Of a DNA stretch of 64,000 nt, positions 54,276 to 64,000 are shown piece after piece. Both the position numbers and the translations under genes were made by a program. Each line of letters starts with the position of its first letter. Position 1 is the first letter of the stretch. The stretch is from contig JAJYWA010000003.1 in the NCBI GenBank assembly GCA_021791755.1, positions 6,719 through 70,718 of the forward strand. The letters are read 5' to 3'. A model generated the notes under the pieces. That model was not told where the DNA came from. It saw nothing but the letters and a program-made list of their open reading frames with translations, and ran no database searches. Origin of the DNA: Actinomycetes bacterium (GTDB lineage Bacteria > Actinomycetota > Acidimicrobiia > Acidimicrobiales > JAJZXF01).

Positions 54276-57200
54276 TGCCGAGGCGTGACGACATCTCGTC
54301 GGTGCTCCTCATCGGGTCGGGGCCGATAGTCATCGGCCAGGCATGCGAGTTCGACTACTCGGGCACGCAGGCATGCCGGGCGCTGAAGCAGGAGGGTTAC
54401 CGGGTGGTCCTTGCCAACTCGAACCCGGCGACGATCATGACCGATCCGGATCTCGTGGACCGTACTTACGTAGAGCCCTTGGAGCTCGACGTGTTGGCCG
54501 CGATCATCGAGCGCGAGCGGCCCCAGGCCCTTCTCGCCACGCTCGGCGGCCAGACCGCTTTGAACCTCGCGATCGCGCTATCTGACGCAGGCGTTCTCCA
54601 GCGCTACGGCGTGGAGCTCATCGGAGCCAACGCTGACGCGATCAGAACGGCCGAAGATCGTGATCGTTTCAAGTCGGCCATGATGGAGATAGGCTTGGAG
54701 GCGCCCGCATCGGGCTTTGCCCACTCGGTTGAGGATGCGCTCGAGGTCGCGGAGCGCATCGGCTACCCGCTCATCGTGCGGCCATCTTTCATCCTCGGCG
54801 GCGCCGGTACCGGGATCGCGCACGACCAAGGCTCGTTCATCGCGTTGGTCGAGGTCGGCCTCGACGAGAGCCCGGTCTCCGAGGTCCTCGTAGAGCGCTC
54901 GATCGCGGGCTGGAAGGAGTACGAGCTCGAGGTGATGCGCGATCGCGCGGACAACTGTGTCGTGGTCTGCTCGATCGAGAACCTGGATCCGATGGGTGTG
55001 CACACGGGAGACTCCGTGACGGTGGCGCCCGCGCAGACGCTCTCCGATGTGGAGTACCAACGCATGCGCGACGCAGCATTTGCCTGCATTCGCAGGGTAG
55101 GTGTGGAGACCGGAGGATCGAACATTCAGTTCGCGGTGAACCCGACCGACGGCAGGATGCTCGTGATCGAGATGAACCCGCGGGTATCGAGATCGAGCGC
55201 TCTTGCGTCCAAGGCAACGGGGTTCCCGATAGCGAAGATAGCGGCTCGGCTAGCAGTCGGGTACACCCTTGACGAGCTCTCGAACGACATCACGGGATCC
55301 ACGCCCGCGAGCTTCGAGCCCACGATCGACTACGTGGTCACGAAGATTCCTCGTTGGGCCTTCGAGAAGCTCCCGGGCGTTCCCGATCGCCTGGGGACGA
55401 AGATGCAGTCGGTCGGGGAGGTGATGGCGATCGGCCGCACCTTCCCAGAGTCACTCCAGAAGGCGGTCCGGTCCCTGGAGCAGGGGCGCTGGGGGCTCAA
55501 CTGCGACCCGGCCGAGCGGTTGACGGACTACCTCTCGGACGCAGAGCTGGTGGCGCTTAGCGCGATCGCTACGCCGGAGAGGCTCTTCCACCTCGAGGCG
55601 GCGCTCAGGCGAGGCATCTCGGTCGAGCAGTTGTCCGAGGCGACGGGCGTCGACTGCTGGTTCTTGAGCGAGATAGGACGCTTGGCCCACGAGCGCGGAC
55701 GGCTCGAGGGGAGGACATTGGCCGGATTGGGAGCTGAGGACTTCAGGAGGCTGAAGCGCCTTGGTTTCTCGGATGCCCAGCTGGCCTGGCTGCTCTCGGT
55801 GAGCGAGGAGGCTGTGCGACAGGCAAGGGTGTCGGCGGGGGTGGTCCCGACCTTCAAGACCGTGGACACCTGCGGCGCAGAGTTCGAAGCGCATACCCCC
55901 TACCATTATTCGAGCTACGAGGACGAGACCGAAGTTCAGCCCAGCTCGCGGCCTCGGATCATGATACTTGGAGCGGGTCCCAACCGGATCGGACAAGGCA
56001 TCGAGTTCGACTACTGCTGCGTTCACGCCAGCCTTGCGCTCCGTGACGCTGGCTATAAGACCGTCATGGTCAACTGCAACCCAGAGACCGTCTCCACCGA
56101 CTACGACACGAGCGACAGGCTCTACTTCGAACCGCTGACCTTCGAGGACGTCTTGAACGTCGTCGAAGCCGAGGAGGCGGCCAGCGCTGGCTCGGGGAAC
56201 CTTGCTGGCGTGATCGTCGGCCTGGGCGGCCAGACGCCCTTGAAGCTGGCGGGAAGCCTGGGTGAAGAGCGGGTGCTCGGCACGAGCCCGGAGTCCATCG
56301 ACACAGCAGAGGATCGCCGTCTCTGGGAGGCCTTGTGCAGGGACCTCGGCATTCCTCAGCCGCCCGGGGGCGCCGCAGTCACCGTCCAAGACGCGATCGC
56401 GGTGGCCGACCGCGTTGGGTACCCGGTCCTCGTGCGCCCCAGCTACGTTCTCGGAGGCAGGGCGATGAAGATCGTCTACGATGCCTCGGAGCTCGCCGAG
56501 GCGATGGGGGAGATGTACGATCTCGGCGCTGGACGTGGCTCTCTTGACCGTGAGGGAGGGTTGTCGCAGAGCCGACCCGTGTTGATCGACAGGTTCCTCG
56601 AAGGTGCGATCGAAGTCGACGTGGACGCAGTGCGAGACGCGACCGGAGAGATGGTCGTGGCCGGGATAATGGAGCACGTCGAGGAGGCTGGCGTGCACTC
56701 GGGCGACTCGGCCTGCGTGCTGCCCCCTCCGACCCTCTCGGAGGACGTGATCGCAAGCGTGGAGCGTCATACCCGGGCGATAGCCGATGCGCTCGACGTC
56801 CGCGGCCCGATCAATGTCCAGTACGCGGTGAAGGACGGCGAGGTGATCGTCCTCGAGGCGAACCCGCGGGCCAGCCGCACGCTTCCATTTGTAGCGAAGG
56901 CGATCGGCGTTCCGGTTGCGAAGGTGGCAGCGAGGGTGATGGTCGGAGCGACGCTGGAGGAGCTGCGCCGGGAGGGCTTGCTCAGCGGGACCGCCCGGAG
57001 GCTTTGGGACGTGGGGCACGTCAGCGTGAAAGAGGCAGTCCTCCCGTTCAGCCGCTTTCCGGGGCTGGACAGCCTGCTCGGCCCCGAGATGCGCTCGACG
57101 GGCGAGGTCATGGGTGTCGACGCGACCTCGGGTCTGGCATTTGCCAAGAGCCAGATGGCTGCTGGCAACCGGCTTCCGGATATGGGCGCGGTGTTCCTCT

Positions 57201-57643
57201 CGCTTGCAGATCGGGACAAGCCTGCAGGTCTCGAGATCGCGAGGCACTACGTGAGGCTCGGCTTCACCCTGGCGGCAACGAGCGGCACCATGAGGCACTT
57301 CGTGGACAATGGCCTGCCGGTGGAGATCGTGGTTGCGAAGGTGGGCCAGGCAGATCAAGGGCTCGGCCCTGGCATGGTCGACGCGGTGGAACTGATCGCG
57401 AGCGGCAAGGTTCAGCTTGTTGTCAACACCCCGAGGGGACGGGGACCTCGTGCCGACGGTATGCATATACGCTCGGCGGCGCTCGCGCACCGGGTTCCGT
57501 GCCTCACGACGCTCGCAGCCGCGCGAGCAGGTGCCTACGGGATCGAGGACATGGCGGCGCACCGGCTCTCCGTGCGGAGCCTGCAGGAGCTCCACGCACC
57601 GGCGGCCCTGGCGCCCACGGCGCCTGAAGAGCTACTGGCTTGA
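54275..57643 (+). CDS. carB: carbamoyl-phosphate synthase large subunit
   Basis: 1122 aa with duplicated ATP-grasp halves and an MGS-like C-terminus. Confidence 0.97.
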   Translation: MPRRDDISSVLLIGSGPIVIGQACEFDYSGTQACRALKQEGYRVVLANSNPATIMTDPDLVDRTYVEPLELDVLAAIIERERPQALLATLGGQTALNLAIALSDAGVLQRYGVELIGANADAIRTAEDRDRFKSAMMEIGLEAPASGFAHSVEDALEVAERIGYPLIVRPSFILGGAGTGIAHDQGSFIALVEVGLDESPVSEVLVERSIAGWKEYELEVMRDRADNCVVVCSIENLDPMGVHTGDSVTVAPAQTLSDVEYQRMRDAAFACIRRVGVETGGSNIQFAVNPTDGRMLVIEMNPRVSRSSALASKATGFPIAKIAARLAVGYTLDELSNDITGSTPASFEPTIDYVVTKIPRWAFEKLPGVPDRLGTKMQSVGEVMAIGRTFPESLQKAVRSLEQGRWGLNCDPAERLTDYLSDAELVALSAIATPERLFHLEAALRRGISVEQLSEATGVDCWFLSEIGRLAHERGRLEGRTLAGLGAEDFRRLKRLGFSDAQLAWLLSVSEEAVRQARVSAGVVPTFKTVDTCGAEFEAHTPYHYSSYEDETEVQPSSRPRIMILGAGPNRIGQGIEFDYCCVHASLALRDAGYKTVMVNCNPETVSTDYDTSDRLYFEPLTFEDVLNVVEAEEAASAGSGNLAGVIVGLGGQTPLKLAGSLGEERVLGTSPESIDTAEDRRLWEALCRDLGIPQPPGGAAVTVQDAIAVADRVGYPVLVRPSYVLGGRAMKIVYDASELAEAMGEMYDLGAGRGSLDREGGLSQSRPVLIDRFLEGAIEVDVDAVRDATGEMVVAGIMEHVEEAGVHSGDSACVLPPPTLSEDVIASVERHTRAIADALDVRGPINVQYAVKDGEVIVLEANPRASRTLPFVAKAIGVPVAKVAARVMVGATLEELRREGLLSGTARRLWDVGHVSVKEAVLPFSRFPGLDSLLGPEMRSTGEVMGVDATSGLAFAKSQMAAGNRLPDMGAVFLSLADRDKPAGLEIARHYVRLGFTLAATSGTMRHFVDNGLPVEIVVAKVGQADQGLGPGMVDAVELIASGKVQLVVNTPRGRGPRADGMHIRSAALAHRVPCLTTLAAARAGAYGIEDMAAHRLSVRSLQELHAPAALAPTAPEELLA

Positions 57644-58683
57644 GGGATCGCCACCATCGCCGCATGTACCGGTCCATGTTGCATACCGGCAAAGGCGAGG
57701 GTGTCGCCCACGGCGCCGGAAGAGGAGCTGGCGACGACAAGGGCGCTGAGGGCGGAGCTGGCACAGGAGATGGCGCCGGTCCCGATCTGGCGGTGAGGGT
57801 TGGGTCGATCGCGCTCCAGAACCCGGTTATGACCGCGTCTGGTACGGCGGGGTGCTCAGCGGAGCTGTCGGCGTACATGGACATGTCACGCCTCGGAGCA
57901 GTGGTCGTGAAGTCGCTCGGCCACGAGCCGTGGCCTGGCAACCCCCCGCCACGCCTTCGTCCGGTTGCCGGCGGCATGTTGAACAGCGTTGGTTTGCAGG
58001 GGCCAGGGGTCGAGATGTGGCTTCGCGATCAGCTACCGCGGCTCATGGCTACCGGAGCGATTGTGGTGGCGAGCATCTGGGGAAAGACAATTGACGACTA
58101 CGCGAAAGCGGCCGCGATGCTGCAAGATGCACCGGATCGTGTGATTGCAGTCGAGGTGAATGTCAGCTGCCCGAACCTCGAAGATGCCGAGCAGATGTTC
58201 TCCTGCTCGGCTGAGGCGACAGCTGCGGCGGTCAGGGCGTCGGATGCAGCTCGACGGCCCCGTTGGGTGAAGCTCAGCCCAGCTGCTCCAGATCTGTGCC
58301 GGGTTGCAGCTGCCGCAGTCGAAGCCGGAGCCGAGGCGGTCACGCTTGTCAACACGCTTCCATCCTCGCAGGTACGTGGTGCACGGTATGCAGCCGGCCT
58401 GGGAGGCGCAGGTGGCGGGCTGTCGGGGATGCCGGTTCACCAGATAGCGCAACGGGCAATACGCGAGTGCCGGGCTGCCTTGGGCGACGTCGCGATCGTG
58501 GGCGTGGGAGGCGTGTTCAACGCTGGCGGCGCTTTAGAGCTCCTGACCGCGGGGGCGAACGCCGTTCAGGTAGGTACGGCGACTTTCCTCGATCCGAGGG
58601 CGCCGGTGCGGGTTCTGTGTGAGCTGGAGGACCTGTGCGTTCGCCGCGGCGCCCGGTCGCTGGAGGAGCTGCTGGGAAGATGA
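57640..58683 (+). CDS. pyrD: dihydroorotate dehydrogenase (class 1-type catalytic subunit) with a Gly-rich N-terminal extension
   Basis: [19 protein letters not shown] and VGVGGV. Start uncertain: TTG 57640 overlaps the carB stop, and an ATG lies at 57664. Confidence 0.85.
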   Translation: MRDRHHRRMYRSMLHTGKGEGVAHGAGRGAGDDKGAEGGAGTGDGAGPDLAVRVGSIALQNPVMTASGTAGCSAELSAYMDMSRLGAVVVKSLGHEPWPGNPPPRLRPVAGGMLNSVGLQGPGVEMWLRDQLPRLMATGAIVVASIWGKTIDDYAKAAAMLQDAPDRVIAVEVNVSCPNLEDAEQMFSCSAEATAAAVRASDAARRPRWVKLSPAAPDLCRVAAAAVEAGAEAVTLVNTLPSSQVRGARYAAGLGGAGGGLSGMPVHQIAQRAIRECRAALGDVAIVGVGGVFNAGGALELLTAGANAVQVGTATFLDPRAPVRVLCELEDLCVRRGARSLEELLGR

Positions 58684-58723
58684 CAAGAGCGATTGGAGCG
58701 TGATGACAAGAGCGATGGAGTGT
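58679..58723. repeat. 23/22-bp tandem duplication of the pyrD-pyrF junction
   Basis: GATGACAAGAGCGATTGGAGCGT is followed by GATGACAAGAGCGATGGAGTGT. Confidence 0.9.
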
Positions 58724-59434
58724 GACGGCGTCGTGGAAGATGTGGCAGGCGTGCGTGACAAGGCTGTGCTTGCCTTGGACGTCGACGATCTGGTGGCTGC
58801 GATGAGGTTGGCACGGCTGTTGAGACCATACTTTGCCACTGCCAAAGTTGGCCTCGAGCTCTTCAGTGCCTCTGGCCCAGAAGCGATCGAAGCGCTGCTT
58901 GCCGAGGAGTACCGTGTATTCGTCGATCTGAAGCTCTATGACATCCCGACCACAGTTGCACGAGCGGCGAAGGTGGTGGGCAGTCTTGGCGCTTCCTACC
59001 TGACATTGCACCTCCAGGGAGGTGGACCGATGGTCATCGCAGGTGTGGAAGGGTTTGCCGAGGGCGCTCGCAGTGCTGGCGCCACCGCTTACTTCCCCCT
59101 CGGCGTGACGGTGCTGACTAGCCAGCCAAAGGCTCCTCCTGAAGAGATCCAGCGTCTGGCAGCCGTCGCGGTCGAGGGAGGGTGCTGGGGCGTTGTTTGC
59201 GCAGCGACAGACGTGCCATCTGTGCGCGCCGTTGCCCCGGGCCTGACGATCGTTGTTGCCGGAATCCGGCCTCCCTGGGCCGGTTCAGATGACCAGGCGC
59301 GACCGGCGACCCTTGGTGCAGCGCTCGATGCCGGCGCAGACCTGGTCGTGGTCGGAAGGGCCGTTACATCTGCATCAGATCCAGTTGCAGCCGCGAATGC
59401 GATTTTTTGTTCATCCAGCTCAGAGGCCATTTAA
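58703..59434 (+). CDS. pyrF: orotidine 5'-phosphate decarboxylase
   Basis: LALDVDD and FVDLKLYDIPTTV. The start is taken at the ATG inside the second copy of the junction duplication; the frame is open from 58619. Confidence 0.88.
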   Translation: MTRAMECDGVVEDVAGVRDKAVLALDVDDLVAAMRLARLLRPYFATAKVGLELFSASGPEAIEALLAEEYRVFVDLKLYDIPTTVARAAKVVGSLGASYLTLHLQGGGPMVIAGVEGFAEGARSAGATAYFPLGVTVLTSQPKAPPEEIQRLAAVAVEGGCWGVVCAATDVPSVRAVAPGLTIVVAGIRPPWAGSDDQARPATLGAALDAGADLVVVGRAVTSASDPVAAANAIFCSSSSEAI

Positions 59435-59515
59435 GTACGTCGCCTCCCCACCAGAGCACGACGACTGGAAGGAATTGCAAGCACGATCGCTCAGATAGCG
59501 CTATCGTGTCGTGCC

Positions 59516-59836
59516 ATGCCTCTTCCACCAGCACTAACTCAAGACCAACGTAAGGAAGCCCTCGCAAAGGCGGCCAAGGTCCGCCGTGAAAGGGCAGAGA
59601 TCAAGGAGAAGCTGAAGTCGGGTTCGCTCAGCTTCGCCAAACTACTGGACAAGGCGGCGAAGGATGACACCGTAGGGAAGATGAAGGTTCTCTCGGTCCT
59701 CGAGTCGCTTCCTGGCCTAGGGAAGGTGAAGGCCCGTCGCCTCATGGATGCGGCAGGCGTGAGCGAGAGCCGTAGGCTGCAGGGCTTGGGCGCGAAGCAG
59801 CGCGAGGCGCTGCTGGAGGCCACGGCGAAGCACTGA
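59516..59836 (+). CDS. mihF: actinobacterial integration host factor
   Basis: 106 aa (LTQDQRKEALAKAAKVRRERAEIKEKLKSG...LPGLGKVKARRLM). It sits in the canonical position before gmk-rpoZ. Confidence 0.88.
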   Translation: MPLPPALTQDQRKEALAKAAKVRRERAEIKEKLKSGSLSFAKLLDKAAKDDTVGKMKVLSVLESLPGLGKVKARRLMDAAGVSESRRLQGLGAKQREALLEATAKH

Positions 59837-59894
59837 TCTCGGTGAGCGAGATCTCGGCGAATCACTGATCTCGGTGAACTGCTGATCTCGGTGA
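59833..59894. repeat. 15-17-bp tandem repeats x4 starting at the mihF stop codon
   Basis: CTGATCTCGGTGA at 59833, 59865 and 59882, with the variant GAGATCTCGGCGA at 59848. Confidence 0.9.
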
Positions 59895-59960
59895 ACTGCT
59901 GACATTGTCCGATCATCGACCATCCTCCCTGGAGCCTTCTGTACTGGGGGCAGCGCCAGG

Positions 59961-60548
59961 TTGAGCATTCCAAGCCAGATGTTCATAATCTGTGGGCCTG
60001 GCGGAGCCGGGAAGGGCTCGATCGTGTCCCAAGTGGTAGCGAGAGACCCTTCCCTATGGCTCAGCCGTTCGTGGACGACGCGTTCGCCCCGTCCTGGGGA
60101 GCCTCAGGACGCATACTGCTTCGTCACGCGAGAGGAGTTCGCGGCAAAGATCGCGGCTGGCGGCTTCTTGGAGTTTGCAGAGATAGTGGGCGAGCTTTAC
60201 GGCACCCCGGCTCCCGAGGTACCGCCAGGGATTAGCGTGATTCTCGAGATAGACGTCCAAGGGGCTGCACAGGTTCTCGAAAAGCGGCCGGCGCATACGC
60301 ATGTCATCCTGATCCTGCCTCCTTCGCGAGAAGTGCAGGAGCAGCGTCTGAGGAGCCGTGGCGACTCAGATGCGCATATTGCCAGCCGCTTGGAGCTGGC
60401 GGACACTGAGGAAGAAGTTGGCCGGGTGCTTGCTCGCGATGTGGTGGTCAATGACGATCTGGAACGAGCCGTGAACGAGGTTTGCAGTATAATCAACCGG
60501 TACCGCCATGATGTTGGCCCGCCTCTTGTACCTGGGCGGCGGGCATGA
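59961..60548 (+). CDS. gmk: guanylate kinase
   Basis: ICGPGGAGKGS P-loop and SWTTRSPRPGE. An alternative ATG lies at 59979. Confidence 0.9.
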   Translation: MSIPSQMFIICGPGGAGKGSIVSQVVARDPSLWLSRSWTTRSPRPGEPQDAYCFVTREEFAAKIAAGGFLEFAEIVGELYGTPAPEVPPGISVILEIDVQGAAQVLEKRPAHTHVILILPPSREVQEQRLRSRGDSDAHIASRLELADTEEEVGRVLARDVVVNDDLERAVNEVCSIINRYRHDVGPPLVPGRRA

Positions 60549-60707
60549 GCTGGCCAGTGGGCACGAGGGCGCCTGTATGCCTGCGTACCTGGGCACGAGG
60601 GTGCTCGTGTGCGAGGGTGTCTGGGTGGCGTTCGGTCATCAGCCGGCTTGGTGCATGGTATGCAGGTGTCCTAGACCCAGTTCGCGATCAAATTTTGGAG
60701 TAACACG

Positions 60708-61070
60708 ATGACCATCGGCCGCAATTCCATGATGTACCCGCCTCTTGAACAGCTACTCGATCGAACGGGCTCGAAGTTCATGCTTGTTACGCTCGCTGCG
60801 AAAAGAGGCCGGGAGATCAATTCCTACTTCAACCGCCTCGGCGATGGCTTGGGGACGATCGTTCCGCCGCAGGTAGCTTCAGTGGCCCGCAAGTCGCTTT
60901 CTATCGCTTTCGAGGAGATCGCCGAGGGGAAAGCCGTTGCGGTCCCCGCGTCTGAGCAAGGTTCTGGTGGTTCTGGAGAGCCTGGCGATCTCACTTTGGA
61001 CGGCGGCGCTCATGGCGATGGTGGCTCCGAAGCACAGCCTGGACCAGGGGTCGAGGAGGAAGGCGCCTGA
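60708..61070 (+). CDS. rpoZ: DNA-directed RNA polymerase subunit omega
   Basis: SKFMLVTLAAKRGREIN block, with an acidic Gly-rich tail. Confidence 0.88.
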   Translation: MTIGRNSMMYPPLEQLLDRTGSKFMLVTLAAKRGREINSYFNRLGDGLGTIVPPQVASVARKSLSIAFEEIAEGKAVAVPASEQGSGGSGEPGDLTLDGGAHGDGGSEAQPGPGVEEEGA

Positions 61071-61135
61071 TCCAGAGCGGGGTTTCTGCGCCCACGAGCG
61101 GGTTTCAGGCCAGGCCGTTAGCAGGCCGTTGTGTC

Positions 61136-62449
61136 GTGTTGGGTGTCTCCGGCAGCGTAGCCGCCTACAAGGCCATAGAACTGTGCAGGTTGCTGATGTC
61201 CGAGGGAGCTCGGGTGCTCCCGGTGATGACGGAGGCTGCTCGCCGTTTCGTCGGCGAGGCGACCTTCTCAGCGCTTGCCTCAGAGCCTGTTCCCGCGGGC
61301 CTTTGGACCAGCGTCGATCCGAGCCCACATACAAGGCTTGCTCGTGAAGCGGACATGGTGGTGGTAGCGCCGGCGACGGCTCGGCTGCTGGGGGCTCTCG
61401 CTAATGGCATATGCGACGATCTGCTGACGGCTGTCCTCCTCGCGACGCGAGCTCCAGTGATGGTGTGCCCGGCAATGCACACCGAGATGTGGGAGAACGT
61501 CGCGGTGATGGAGAACGCAGCTCGCCTGCGTTCACGGGGAATCGTGGTTCTTGGTCCTACCTCGGGCCCTCTTGCAGGGGGGGACGAGGGTCTTGGCCGC
61601 CTCGTGGAGCCAACAGCGGTTCTGGATGCGGTTAGGGGTATATTGGCGGGCTTGCATGGCGCGGCCTCGGACGGCACGGTGGCGCGGGATGGCACGGTGG
61701 CGCGGGATGGCACAGGCTCGGACGGCCCGGCGACGAGGGATCTCGCAGGTGTTCGGGTGCTGATCAGCGCGGGAGGCACTCGGGAACCGATAGATCCGGT
61801 CCGCTACATATCGAACCGATCGTCAGGCAAGCAGGGGTACGCGCTCGCGCGAGAAGCAACTGTGCGAGGCGCGGACGTGGTGCTCGTCACAGCTGCAGAA
61901 GGTATGGAGCCTCCTGTCGGTTCGGAGGTCGTGGCTGTGGAGACCTCTCGGGAGATGGAGCGCGAGCTCATGGCGCGATGCCAGGACGCGGACGTAGTGG
62001 TGATGGCTGCAGCCGTCGCAGACTTCAGACCTGCGCGCATCCAGGCCCAGAAGATCTCCAAGGCTGACGGGGTACCGGACATGGCTTTGGAAGCGACGCC
62101 CGACATACTCTCTGAGCTGGTCGAGGTTCGCCGCCCTGGCCAGGTCATCGTGGGTTTTGCTGCCGAGACGCATGATGTGGTCCCAAGGGCGAGGATGAAG
62201 ATGGCGGCAAAGAGGGTGGACCTGATGGTCGCGAACGACGTCTCTGTCCCAGGCGCGGGCTTTGGCCACGACACGAACGCGGTGGAGATCATAGCGGCTG
62301 ACGGAGCTTCCACGAGCGTTCCCATGACCACGAAGGCCGCGGTGGCACGGGCGGTGTTCGATAGTGTGGTTGACTGTCTGGCGAAGAGCAGCAAGGAATC
62401 GGCGGCACGCGGCAAGGACCCTGCGAAGAGCAGCAAGGAGGAGTTTTGA
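61136..62449 (+). CDS. coaBC: bifunctional phosphopantothenoylcysteine decarboxylase / phosphopantothenate-cysteine ligase
   Basis: [24 protein letters not shown] and [10 protein letters not shown]. The interdomain linker carries a tandem repeat. Confidence 0.92.
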   Translation: MLGVSGSVAAYKAIELCRLLMSEGARVLPVMTEAARRFVGEATFSALASEPVPAGLWTSVDPSPHTRLAREADMVVVAPATARLLGALANGICDDLLTAVLLATRAPVMVCPAMHTEMWENVAVMENAARLRSRGIVVLGPTSGPLAGGDEGLGRLVEPTAVLDAVRGILAGLHGAASDGTVARDGTVARDGTGSDGPATRDLAGVRVLISAGGTREPIDPVRYISNRSSGKQGYALAREATVRGADVVLVTAAEGMEPPVGSEVVAVETSREMERELMARCQDADVVVMAAAVADFRPARIQAQKISKADGVPDMALEATPDILSELVEVRRPGQVIVGFAAETHDVVPRARMKMAAKRVDLMVANDVSVPGAGFGHDTNAVEIIAADGASTSVPMTTKAAVARAVFDSVVDCLAKSSKESAARGKDPAKSSKEEF

Positions 62450-63645
62450 AGAGCCACTATACGTTCACCTCGGAGTCGGTTACCGAGGGGCATCCTGACA
62501 AGATGGCGGACCAGATTTCGGATGCCGTCCTCGACGCCATCCTGGAGAAAGACCCGGACGGTCGGGTCGCATGCGAGACGATGCTTACCACTGGCTTGGT
62601 CGTGGTCGCCGGCGAGGTGACGACCACCACACGCGATATCGAGGTGCCGAAGATCGTGCGTGACACGATCGTAGAGATCGGCTACGACCGAGATGCCTAT
62701 GGGTTCAACGGTCACACCTGCGGGGTGATAGTGAGCCTGGACGAGCAGTCGCCGGATATATCGCGTGGCGTCACGGCGGCATTAGAGGTCAGGGCCGGCT
62801 CTGCAGGAGAGGACCAGCTCAATGCGCAGGGCGCGGGAGACCAGGGGATGATGTTTGGTTACGCCTGTGACGAGACGCCTGATCTCATGCCTATGCCAAT
62901 TTGGTTGGCTCATCGGCTTGCGCAACGGCTCTCGCAGGTCAGGCGCGCAGGTATCTTGCCCTATCTCAGGCCTGACGGCAAGACGCAGGTCAGCGTGGAG
63001 TACGAGAACGACAGGCCCGTGGCTCTGAGGACCGTTGTCATCTCTAGCCAGCATCAACCCGGTGTGGATCTTGACACTCTCTTGTTGCCGGATGTGCGCG
63101 AGCACGTCCTGCATCCGTTGCTCCCCGCCGAGCTCGATTCCTCTTCGCTGGAGTTGCTAGCCAACCCGACTGGCCTGTTCGAGCTGGGAGGGCCCCATGC
63201 CGATACCGGGCTGACCGGGCGAAAGGTGATCGTCGACAGCTATGGTGGCTACGCTCGTCACGGCGGAGGCGCTTTTTCCGGCAAGGACCCGTCAAAGGTG
63301 GACCGGTCCGGATCGTACGCTGCCAGGTGGTTGGCGAAGCACGTAGTGGCATCTGGGGCTGCACGTCGTTGTGAGCTTCAGGTGGCCTATGCGATCGGTG
63401 TTGCCCGGCCAGTCTCCGTTATGGTGGACACCTTCGACACAGAGGTGGTCGATCCTGAGAAGATAGCGAGAGCTCTGGACGAGCTGTTCGATCTGAGGCC
63501 GGCCGCGATCGTTCGTGACCTTGATCTCCGGCGTCCCATCTACAAGCGGACAGCCTCGTACGGGCATTTCGGCCGGGCCGAGAAGGAGATGACCTGGGAG
63601 GCAACACCCAGGGTGGAGGATCTCAAGCAGGCGCTTGGACTGTAG
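62446..63645 (+). CDS. metK: S-adenosylmethionine synthase
   Basis: [25 protein letters not shown] and [16 protein letters not shown]. The TTG start overlaps the coaBC stop. Confidence 0.95.
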   Translation: MKSHYTFTSESVTEGHPDKMADQISDAVLDAILEKDPDGRVACETMLTTGLVVVAGEVTTTTRDIEVPKIVRDTIVEIGYDRDAYGFNGHTCGVIVSLDEQSPDISRGVTAALEVRAGSAGEDQLNAQGAGDQGMMFGYACDETPDLMPMPIWLAHRLAQRLSQVRRAGILPYLRPDGKTQVSVEYENDRPVALRTVVISSQHQPGVDLDTLLLPDVREHVLHPLLPAELDSSSLELLANPTGLFELGGPHADTGLTGRKVIVDSYGGYARHGGGAFSGKDPSKVDRSGSYAARWLAKHVVASGAARRCELQVAYAIGVARPVSVMVDTFDTEVVDPEKIARALDELFDLRPAAIVRDLDLRRPIYKRTASYGHFGRAEKEMTWEATPRVEDLKQALGL

Positions 63646-64000
63646 CGGCCAGATCGCATCTGGATCGGCGTGTCGCTACCCGTACCTGTAGGCACGCGTC
63701 GCCAGAGCGTGGGTCGCTGTTCGGCTCGCTAAGATCATGGGACGTTGCGCAGGTTGCCGTGTAGCGCTCTCTGCCGCGCCCGTTGAGTCATGCGGGCAGT
63801 TCAGTGTGGGGCCCCACGGGATCGGGGAGTCTTGCCACGAATGCAGGAAGCCGTAGCGCTGTGATATCGCCGTCTGCTTGCGTGTTCTTGCGTGGCAGAC
63901 TCTGGCGTGACTGGCGTGACTGGCGTGGGCGTACGTATTCGGCAAACCCGTCCCCTCACTGGTCTCCTCTCGACAACTCCCTCGCGGTAATGACCCCGCT

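Noticed and set aside
63676-63945. 89-aa minus-strand ORF after metK
   Set aside because: It has a His/Ala/Arg-rich odd composition, contains the 9-bp CTGGCGTGA x3 repeat, and has no RBS or homology.

Overview
This is a high-GC chromosomal window whose gene order looks actinobacterial. That assignment is an inference from synteny: hisDCBHAF, then aroC-aroB-pepP-efp-nusB-pyrR-pyrBC-carAB-pyrDF-mihF-gmk-rpoZ-coaBC-metK. Most of the window is housekeeping: the metF 3' end, icd, mdh, the his operon, the aro/pyr/car block and metK. Three regions stand out.

(1) 3956-11989, minus strand: a six-gene, translationally coupled operon related to group-4 hydrogenases and complex I. The HycE/NuoCD-like subunit has none of the four [NiFe] cysteines. 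The NuoB-like module has none of its four Fe-S cysteines. The fused HycF-like domain keeps exactly the four cysteines of a single [4Fe-4S] cluster. This is an Ehr-type complex with an apparently redox-dead peripheral arm.

(2) About 29.25-39.39 kb: an accessory island with no integrase or transposase. It holds an intact XhoI/PaeR7I-like type II R-M pair and an intact, overlapping three-gene operon of unknown function (TIGR04255-like, HTH protein, unknown protein). These sit among at least six frameshifted or truncated genes: two PIN toxins, one antitoxin, two RadC/JAB-like copies and one unknown gene.

(3) About 17.7-19.0 kb: 1.0-1.3 kb of visibly lower-GC sequence with no convincing gene but strong hairpins.

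The window is also full of short (9-30 bp) tandem duplications, both in intergenic regions and in frame inside genes. I recognised no rRNA, tRNA, CRISPR array, transposase or integrase. All family assignments come from reading the translations and from memory of motifs. No searches were run.
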